This document shows positions 57,187-64,000 of a stretch of 64,000 nucleotides of DNA, in pieces. The notes beneath the pieces are model-generated. The model made no database searches. It had not been told where the DNA came from and saw only the letters and a program-made list of their open reading frames with translations. The DNA is taken from NCBI GenBank assembly GCA_963708045.1, contig OY970181.1:779537-843536 (forward strand). Reading direction: 5' to 3'. The DNA is from an uncultured bacterium. GTDB taxonomy: Bacteria; Patescibacteriota; Patescibacteriia; CAIQCM01. Made by a program: the position numbers and the translations under genes. Each line of letters starts with the position of its first letter. Positions within the stretch are counted from its first letter, which is position 1.

Positions 57187-58898
57187 AAAAAGTCACAGTC
57201 AGCGTTAACGGCAAAAAGTTTTCTGTTCCGCTAGGCGAAAACATTTTAGCGGTGGCGATTAAAAACGGAATAGATATTCCGCATTTTTGCTATCACGAAG
57301 ATTTACCAATCGGATCAAGTTGCCGAACGTGTTTAGTTGAAGTTAAAAAAACCGGCAAAGTTGTTACCTCGTGTACGCTAAAAGCCGAAAGTGGGCTCGT
57401 GGTTTTTACCGATACGCCCAAGGTTAAGGAGTTGCGCCTAAAAAACTTAGAATTACTGCTCGCCGGACACCAAGAAAAATGCCCCAAGTGCCAAAAGGGG
57501 ATTTATTGCCGCGTTGCCGAACAAATTGGCAAATACGGCGTTTCCACGGTCAAATATTGGCGGCCGGAGATTCAAGAAAAACTTCACAAAATGAGCCAAG
57601 CGGCGCTAATAGATCCTCAACTTTGCATTGGTTGTAATAAATGCGTAGAAATTTGCGATAAGATCGGAATAGGATTTTTGGAAATGAAAGGGAAAAATAT
57701 CCAAACGCACGCCACTTGGACGCGCGATCCTAAAATTGATTGCATTTATTGCGGCCAATGCACGGTTCATTGTCCGGTTGGTTCGGCGCGCGAACAAAAC
57801 GAGATTGAAGATGTTGAAAAAGCTCTTCAAGACAAAAATAAAATCGTCATCGCGCAAATGGCGCCATCGGTTCACGCCAGTCTTGGCGAAGAGTTTGGTT
57901 TGCCAATCGGCACCGATGTGACGGGACGAATTTATACAGCGTTCCGCAAGTTAGGTTTTGATAAAGTTTTTGACGTTAATATGGGCGCCGACATTACAAC
58001 CGTGGTTGAAGCGGCCGAGCTCGCCGAACGGATAAAGGAAAACAAAAATTTGCCGATGTTTACGTCGTGTTGTCCAGCCTGGGTCAAGTTTATGGAGTTT
58101 TATCATCCGGAAATGTTGAGTCATTTAACGACCGCGCGTTCGCCGCAGATTCACTCGGCCGGCGCTTACAAAACTTGGTGGGCAAAAAAGGAAGGAATTG
58201 ATCCGAAAAAAATCGTCATTGTTTCGTTTATGCCGTGCACTTCCAAAAAATATGAAGCGCGGCATAAAAAACTTAAAATTAACGGGATGCAACTCGTGGA
58301 TCACGTTCTTACGACGCGCGAGTTTGGCGCCCTTCTTAAAAAACACAAAATTGATTTGCCAAATTTGAAACCAAGTAAAGTTGATCTTCCGGGAACCTAC
58401 TCAGGCGCGGCGGCGATTTACGGCGCTTCGGGCGGCGTTATGGAATCGGCTCTGCGAACGGCTTATTTTAATATTACGGGCAAGGAATTAAAAAACGTAA
58501 ATTTTAAAGCGGTTCGTGGTATAGAAGGAATCAAAAAGGCGCAAATCAAACTCCCGGGCGGCCGGGTGCTAAAGGTGGCCGTTGCCTCCACCGCCGCCAA
58601 TGCCGAAAAAATAATTCAAGAAATTAAAAAAGATAAAAACGCCTACGATTATCTAGAAGTAATGGCTTGTCCGGGTGGTTGTATTGGCGGCGGCGGTCAG
58701 CCGATTCCGACGACCTTAAACATCGTCGCCAAAAGAATTGAATCGCTTTACAAAATAGATTCAAAAATGAAATTAAGAAAAGCTCATCTTAATCCAGTAG
58801 TGCGCGATTTTTTTGACAATTACATTGCGCGCCTTAGTCCTGCAGAAAAGAAAAAAATTCTTTACACCTCATATTCCCGTAAAAAGAAATTTGAATAA
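57183..58898 (+). CDS. hydA: [FeFe]-hydrogenase large subunit HydA (M3-type with N-terminal 2Fe-2S and 4Fe-4S domains)
   Basis: H-cluster motifs L1 'FTSCCPAW', L2 'MPCTSKKYE', L3 'EVMACPGGCIGGGGQP'. N-terminal 2Fe-2S 'CRTC' and two CxxCxxCxxxCP ferredoxin motifs. Confidence 0.85.
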   Translation: MKKVTVSVNGKKFSVPLGENILAVAIKNGIDIPHFCYHEDLPIGSSCRTCLVEVKKTGKVVTSCTLKAESGLVVFTDTPKVKELRLKNLELLLAGHQEKCPKCQKGIYCRVAEQIGKYGVSTVKYWRPEIQEKLHKMSQAALIDPQLCIGCNKCVEICDKIGIGFLEMKGKNIQTHATWTRDPKIDCIYCGQCTVHCPVGSAREQNEIEDVEKALQDKNKIVIAQMAPSVHASLGEEFGLPIGTDVTGRIYTAFRKLGFDKVFDVNMGADITTVVEAAELAERIKENKNLPMFTSCCPAWVKFMEFYHPEMLSHLTTARSPQIHSAGAYKTWWAKKEGIDPKKIVIVSFMPCTSKKYEARHKKLKINGMQLVDHVLTTREFGALLKKHKIDLPNLKPSKVDLPGTYSGAAAIYGASGGVMESALRTAYFNITGKELKNVNFKAVRGIEGIKKAQIKLPGGRVLKVAVASTAANAEKIIQEIKKDKNAYDYLEVMACPGGCIGGGGQPIPTTLNIVAKRIESLYKIDSKMKLRKAHLNPVVRDFFDNYIARLSPAEKKKILYTSYSRKKKFE

Positions 58899-58904
58899 TT
58901 TGCT

Positions 58905-59861
58905 GTGGCAATGGCAAAGTTTTTAAGAATCATAAAAATTTTTGTCGGCGTGATTGTGCTGGTTTTGCTCGCTGGTTTTTGGTATCTCTATTCGGATGAG
59001 ATTAAAAAAATCGCTGAGATAATTTATGCCAAAGCGCGGCCATGCGATAGGCCGATAACTTATGTCATTGGTACAATTGACCCGCGTTTTGGGCTAACCA
59101 AAGCCGAAGCGCAGAGCCGACTAAAAGAGGCTGAAATGATTTGGGAAGAACCGATTGTAAAAAATTTATTTGAGTATTCGGAAACGGGCGTCTTAAAAAT
59201 AAATTTTATTTATGACGAACGGCAGCAGGCGACGGATGACCTTAAAAAAATTGGCTTAGTTATTGACGATAGTCGGTCGGCCTACGAAGCTTTAAAAGCC
59301 AGACAAGATCAAATGACTGCTTCGTATAATAAAGAAAAGGCCAAACTTGATAAAATGATCGCTGTTTTAAAAACTGATCAGAGTTCTTACGAAAAAGATA
59401 TTGCTTATTGGAACGCGCGCGGCGGCGCACCAAAAATGGAATACACCCTTTTGGAAAATAAACGAACCAATTTAAATAATCAAGTCGCGGCTATTAACCA
59501 AGAACAAGAAAGTTTAAATAAACTGGCGGGAACGATCAATTCGGCAAATATTGTTCTAAATAAAATGATTGATTCGTTAAATTTAAAAATAAACAAATAC
59601 AATACGATTGGTTCGGGAACGGGAAAAGAGTTTAGAGAGGGTGTGTATACGTTAAGCGGGAGCGAACAGTCAATTGACGTCTTTCAATTTAACGACAAAG
59701 ACAAACTAGTGCGGCTGCTTGCTCACGAGTTTGGTCACGCGCTCGGGCTTGAACACGCAAGCGACCCCAAGGCGATTATGTATTATCTAAATGAGGGCGA
59801 AGACGAAAATTTTTCCGCTGCCGACCTTGCTGCCCTAAAAGCAGTTTGCGAAATAAAATAA
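58905..59861 (+). CDS. membrane-anchored metzincin (matrixin-like) zinc metalloprotease with coiled-coil region
   Basis: N-terminal TM 'IFVGVIVLVLLAGFWYL'. 'LAHEFGHALGLEHASDPKAIMYY' contains HExxHxxGxxH and a Met-turn-like 'AIMYY'. Confidence 0.65.
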   Translation: MAMAKFLRIIKIFVGVIVLVLLAGFWYLYSDEIKKIAEIIYAKARPCDRPITYVIGTIDPRFGLTKAEAQSRLKEAEMIWEEPIVKNLFEYSETGVLKINFIYDERQQATDDLKKIGLVIDDSRSAYEALKARQDQMTASYNKEKAKLDKMIAVLKTDQSSYEKDIAYWNARGGAPKMEYTLLENKRTNLNNQVAAINQEQESLNKLAGTINSANIVLNKMIDSLNLKINKYNTIGSGTGKEFREGVYTLSGSEQSIDVFQFNDKDKLVRLLAHEFGHALGLEHASDPKAIMYYLNEGEDENFSAADLAALKAVCEIK

Positions 59862-59914
59862 TAGACGTGGTATAATCAATAAATCTAGCTTTAAACTTGA
59901 CGCGAAAATAAACT

Positions 59915-60304
59915 ATGGAATCAGAAGCTGAAAGACGGGTGGCAGAAAAATTGCGAGAGTATGCCGAGGCGTCAAAAGATAATAAAAAGGTAGACAAGGC
60001 GGCGCTCGCGATTGCGGCTTTGGAAACGCCGATTTTTGAAAATCGCGTTTCTGCCAAGATGAAAAAGTGGGCGTATTTAATTTCGCTCGGTTTGCCACCG
60101 TTTGGGCTTGTTTTTTCCGTCTACTACTATTTTTCAGAAAAATCCGACGGCAAACGGGTCGCGATTATTTGTGCAATTGTTACGCTTATTGGTGTGTTAA
60201 TGTTTTGGCTGGCACTGTCTTCAATCTTTTCCTCCATTCCGAAAGAGTCGCTTGATCAACTAAAAACGCTTCAACCTAACGACATAAACAGTCTTTTGCA
60301 ATAA
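59915..60304 (+). CDS. hypothetical small membrane protein (129 aa)
   Basis: Two TM helices in the C-terminal half. Confidence 0.4.
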   Translation: MESEAERRVAEKLREYAEASKDNKKVDKAALAIAALETPIFENRVSAKMKKWAYLISLGLPPFGLVFSVYYYFSEKSDGKRVAIICAIVTLIGVLMFWLALSSIFSSIPKESLDQLKTLQPNDINSLLQ

Positions 60305-60494
60305 TTTTTTAAACAATGTTTTTAAATCAGAAGAACTGGATCTTGTATTAAAAGTAAGTGTTTTTATGTTGCAAAATTACATATTTTTTGCTATGATTTG
60401 AGCGGTTTAATGTCTTCAAAATTAATTGAGGCATACGTCAAACAATATGAAAAAGATCGTTGAGTTACTGAACCTTGCAAAAAATAAATCAAAA

Positions 60495-61997
60495 ATGAAA
60501 ATCTTGTTTGTTACGAGCGAAGAAGCGCCGTTTGCCAAAGTGGGTGGGCTTGGCGAAGTCATTTTTTCTTTACCGCGCGCGCTTAATCGCCTTGGCCACG
60601 ACGCTAGAGTAATGATGCCGCTTTACGGAACCGTTGATTTAGAAAAATTTAAACTTTCTTATATACACAAAGATTTGCAAGTTCCAACCTCGTCCGAAAG
60701 CGACACGAAAAATTTAGTTTGCAACGTACGACGATACAAACCGAAAGATTTAAGCAAAGATCCGGTCATGACTTATTTTTTAGAAAATAGGGAATATTAC
60801 GAATTGCGGTCAAATGTTTATGGTTATACTGACGACCGTATTCGTTTTGCGCTGCTTTCTCGCGGTTGTCTTGAATTTTTAAACACATCGTCGGAATGGT
60901 TGCCGGACGTTATTGTTTGCGCCGATTGGATGACCGGCTATTTGCTTAATTATTTTAAACTTGAATATAAAGACAGCAAAAAATTGCGCGGCATTGCCAC
61001 GGTTTTGTCCATCCATAATTTGCAAGGGCAAGGAACGGAAAAGCCTCAGCGCTTTATTTCGGAAATGCAAAGAGACGACGGGCACGGACCGATTCCAGAT
61101 TTTTTTGACGACCGCTTGAAAAACATCAATGCGATGAAACGCGGAATTATGTATGCCGACGTTGTGAACACTGTTTCTTCAACATACGCCAAAGAAATTA
61201 CTACCGAAGAATATGGCGAAGGGCTTGAAGATCTTTTGAGCGAAAAACGGGAAAAGCTCTACGGAATTTTAAACGGCATTGACTACGAAACAAACAATCC
61301 GGCGACCGATAAATGCGTTTCTGCTAAATTCACCACGCACAATCTTGAAGATCGCGAAGAAAATAAAGCCGTCCTGCAAAAAAGAATGGGCTTGCCGCAA
61401 AAGAAGGACGCGTTCGTTATGGGTATTGTTTCCAGAATCACCCGGCAAAAAGGTTTTAATCTGCTTCAACCGATTATAGAACCATTTTTAAAGATCACCG
61501 GTTCGCAGCTTATCGTTGTTGGGACAGGGGATCCGGAAATAATGGATTTCTTTATTGCTTTAGAAAAGAAATTTCCTGAGCAAGTGGTCGCATTTATGCA
61601 ATTTGACGCTGAATTGCCGCATCTTATTTATTCCGGCTGCGACGTTTTGCTTATTCCTTCCAAGTTTGAACCCTCGGGTTTGACGCAGATGGAGGCAATG
61701 CGTTTTGGCGCAATACCGATTGCGAGAAAAACCGGCGGCCTAGCCGACACAATTGACGATTTTGATCCAAGTAAGGGAAACGTGGGAACGGGATTTCTTT
61801 TTGAAAATATGGACGCCCAAGAGCTTCTTATTGCGTTAACTAGAGCTTATACCAATTGGCAACATCGGACAGATTGGAAAAAATTGCAAAAACGGGCGAT
61901 GGAAAAAGATTTTTCCTGGGATCATTCGGCTAAAGAATATGCCATTCTGTTTCAAAAAGCGATTAATGGTCTAAAAAATGACAAAACGACGCATTAA
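60495..61997 (+). CDS. glgA: glycogen (starch) synthase
   Basis: 'MKILFVTSEEAPFAKVGGLGEV' matches the GlgA N-terminal signature K-V-G-G-L-G-D/E-V. GT-B C-terminal 'E..G..Q' region ('FEPSGLTQMEAMRFG'). The track start is 60426. The ATG at 60495 is preferred. Confidence 0.85.
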   Translation: MKILFVTSEEAPFAKVGGLGEVIFSLPRALNRLGHDARVMMPLYGTVDLEKFKLSYIHKDLQVPTSSESDTKNLVCNVRRYKPKDLSKDPVMTYFLENREYYELRSNVYGYTDDRIRFALLSRGCLEFLNTSSEWLPDVIVCADWMTGYLLNYFKLEYKDSKKLRGIATVLSIHNLQGQGTEKPQRFISEMQRDDGHGPIPDFFDDRLKNINAMKRGIMYADVVNTVSSTYAKEITTEEYGEGLEDLLSEKREKLYGILNGIDYETNNPATDKCVSAKFTTHNLEDREENKAVLQKRMGLPQKKDAFVMGIVSRITRQKGFNLLQPIIEPFLKITGSQLIVVGTGDPEIMDFFIALEKKFPEQVVAFMQFDAELPHLIYSGCDVLLIPSKFEPSGLTQMEAMRFGAIPIARKTGGLADTIDDFDPSKGNVGTGFLFENMDAQELLIALTRAYTNWQHRTDWKKLQKRAMEKDFSWDHSAKEYAILFQKAINGLKNDKTTH

Positions 61998-62018
61998 TAA
62001 TCAATAAAACAATTTATT

Positions 62019-62663
62019 ATGAAACTGAGAAAATCAGAAGTATTAAATTTGTTGCTTATTGTCATCGCTTTTGGCGCGGCTGCATATTTTTATCCGTCAC
62101 TCCCCGAAAAAGTCGCTTCGCATTGGGATATTAATGGGCAGGTAAATGGTTATATGGGGCGTTTTTGGGGCGCGTTTTTTGTTCCCGTCATTGCCCTCGC
62201 GTTAAATATTTTATTCATTATCATCCCGCGCATTGATCCTAAGAAAAATAATATTGAAAAATTCAGAAAGAATTTTGACTGGTTTGTTTTTTTAATGTTG
62301 CTTTTTATTTTATATATTTACGCCTTAACGCTGTTTTTTGCTTTCGGCTATCGGTTTAATATGAGCCAGCTAATGATTCCCGCTTTTTCGGTTCTGCTTT
62401 TCGCGCTCGCGATGCTTGTTTCTGGCGCCGAACCAAATTGGAGTATTGGCATAAGAACGCCGTGGACGCTTTCAAGCGAAATTGTTTGGCGAAAGACGCA
62501 TCTTTTAGGAAGTAAGTTGTTTACTATCGCGGCGCTAATTACGCTTCTTGGTATGTTTTTTCCGAAGCAGGCGGCTTGGTTTGTTCTTGCACCGATTTTG
62601 TTTAGTATGATATTTTTAGTCGCGTATTCGTATTTTGAATACATAAAAATTTCAAAAAAATAA
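62019..62663 (+). CDS. SdpI/YhfL-family membrane protein (DUF1648 + SdpI-like)
   Basis: 'YPSLPEKVASHWDINGQVNGY' (DUF1648-like) and 'GIRTPWTLSSEIVWRKTH' (SdpI signature). Four to five TM helices. Confidence 0.55.
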   Translation: MKLRKSEVLNLLLIVIAFGAAAYFYPSLPEKVASHWDINGQVNGYMGRFWGAFFVPVIALALNILFIIIPRIDPKKNNIEKFRKNFDWFVFLMLLFILYIYALTLFFAFGYRFNMSQLMIPAFSVLLFALAMLVSGAEPNWSIGIRTPWTLSSEIVWRKTHLLGSKLFTIAALITLLGMFFPKQAAWFVLAPILFSMIFLVAYSYFEYIKISKK

Positions 62664-62713
62664 GTTTTTGGCCGCTCACGTCCCTGAGATGATAATGGTG
62701 ATATAATGTAGTT

Positions 62714-64000
62714 ATGAATTTTAGCGGCTGTAGAAAAATTTTTATTTATGCTATTTTTTCGCTTATTTTAGCAAGCGCAAATTTTTCTTTGGCGCAAACA
62801 ACTGACGAGCAGACCGAGCTGCAAAATCAGCTAAAACAAATTGAAGCGCAAATCAGTCAGTATCAGCAGGATCTTAAAAAAATCGCCAGCCAAAAAAATA
62901 CTTTGCAAAATAAAATAACGGCGCTAAAAAAAGAGCAGGCGGCCGACGAACTTCAGGTTGAAAAGTTGTCGCTGCTTATCATTAGCATCAACACGCAGTC
63001 GCGTCTTACTAGCGATCAAATAGAGACCACTAAAGAATTAATTGCGAAAAGGAAGATTGAACTTGGTGCGCTTGTTCGCGAGTTAAATAAACGCGATGGT
63101 TTTTCGCTTGCTTATGTTCTTGCGTCGGGTAATTTTGTTTCACAAGCGCTCGCCCTAGAACGCGACTATGAACAGGTTGTACAAAATATTGGAAAATTAG
63201 CGAGCGAAGCCGGAGTCGCGCGCGAAGAACTAAAATCCGCCCAACAAAATCTTGAAGAAAAATATTCCGAAGCCGCAAATTATCTTTCATTAAAAATTAT
63301 TGCCCAAAAACAAGTTGCCAATTCGCTTGGCGCGCAAAGTACACTTTTAAAAACAACTAAGGGCAAAGAAAGTTTGTATCAGGCCGAGCTTTCTGACAGC
63401 AAGACACAGGCGGCGGCGATTAAAAATCGGTTGTACCAATTGCTTCAGTCCAGCCAGCAAATAAATTTTGGCCAAGCCGTAACAATTGCCAAGTGGTCAT
63501 CAGGGCAAACTGGCGTTCGTGCGTCGTTTTTGCTTGCGGTAATTACGCAAGAATCAAATTTAGGAAAAAATGTTGGTACGTGTAACCGAAAAGGCGATCC
63601 GCCATCAAAAAGTTGGCGCGTCGTAATGAAGCCGGAGCGCGATCAGCAGCCATTTTTAAAAATAACAACTAAGCTTGGGCGCGACCCAGAAACAACGCCG
63701 GTTTCTTGCCCGATGCGTGACGCTAGTGGCAAACAGGTCGGTTGGGGTGGAGCAATGGGGCCGGCGCAGTTTATTCCGTCGACATGGGTTGGATATGAAA
63801 ACAGAATCTCGGCCGTAACTGGCAAAACCGCCGACCCTTGGGATATTCGCGACGCTTTTCTTGCTGCCGCGATTAAACTGGCCGCTGATGGCGGAACATC
63901 AGTAAGTGGCGAATGGGCCGCGGCAATGCGCTATTTTTCCGGCTCAACCAATCTTGCTTATCGTTTTTACGGTGATAACGTTGTTGCGACCGCCGCTAAA
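62714..64000 (+). CDS. secreted coiled-coil protein with C-terminal lytic-transglycosylase (SLT)-like domain; 3' end truncated by the window
   Basis: ATG 62714 with signal peptide 'MNFSGCRKIFIYAIFSLILASANFSLAQ'. A coiled-coil of about 250 aa follows. 'AVITQESNLGKN...GWGGAMGPAQFIPSTW' matches the SLT catalytic-Glu/GLMQ-type motifs. The frame stays open to position 64000. Confidence 0.55.
   Translation, partial: MNFSGCRKIFIYAIFSLILASANFSLAQTTDEQTELQNQLKQIEAQISQYQQDLKKIASQKNTLQNKITALKKEQAADELQVEKLSLLIISINTQSRLTSDQIETTKELIAKRKIELGALVRELNKRDGFSLAYVLASGNFVSQALALERDYEQVVQNIGKLASEAGVAREELKSAQQNLEEKYSEAANYLSLKIIAQKQVANSLGAQSTLLKTTKGKESLYQAELSDSKTQAAAIKNRLYQLLQSSQQINFGQAVTIAKWSSGQTGVRASFLLAVITQESNLGKNVGTCNRKGDPPSKSWRVVMKPERDQQPFLKITTKLGRDPETTPVSCPMRDASGKQVGWGGAMGPAQFIPSTWVGYENRISAVTGKTADPWDIRDAFLAAAIKLAADGGTSVSGEWAAAMRYFSGSTNLAYRFYGDNVVATAAK

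Overview
This 64-kb window is low-GC, gene-dense DNA whose gene content is consistent with a small-genome CPR/Patescibacteria-like organism. That host call is inferred from the genes present, not demonstrated. Six things dominate it. (1) An accessory island of about 16 kb (456-16545) is bracketed by two paralogous large serine recombinases in inverted, outward-facing orientation. It carries a complete Type III R-M system (mod/res), a phage-derived module on the minus strand (ParB-methyltransferase fusion, a second DNA MTase, terminase small and large subunits), a GIY-YIG nuclease, a DUF2188 protein, a CI/LexA-like S24 repressor with a strong leaderless promoter, a SEC-C protein and several unknown proteins. 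(2) More unannotatable genes follow, then a Y1/HUH (IS200/RAYT-like) transposase flanked by an inverted pair of a short repeat that recurs at gene boundaries nearby. (3) Next come an arsR/thioredoxin-like/arsP operon with an overlapping-palindrome operator, a NUDIX hydrolase, and a patch of secreted, lipoprotein and Cys-rich proteins, including a lipase-like alpha/beta hydrolase carrying an LDL-receptor class A-like module. (4) A roughly 15.6-kb giant cell-surface protein gene occupies 29470-45070. It has a signal peptide, a duplicated N-terminal module, Fn3-like repeats, an embedded PHP phosphoesterase domain, about forty 72-aa two-cysteine tandem repeats, a poly-Gly/Pro linker and duplicated peptidoglycan-binding domains. 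Its reading frame is broken by four +1 shifts, two of them inside near-identical tandem duplications. (5) A visibly GC-richer gene (45300-47126) sits beside a small lipoprotein gene flanked by 55-bp direct repeats. (6) The rest is housekeeping: rfbA, galE, a pilin-like protein, GNAT, cspA, a NuoF-like subunit plus [FeFe]-hydrogenase HydA, a metzincin, glgA, an SdpI-like protein and a coiled-coil lytic-transglycosylase-like protein truncated at the window end. There are no rRNA or tRNA genes and no CRISPR array. Two ORF-free structured regions are candidate ncRNAs.
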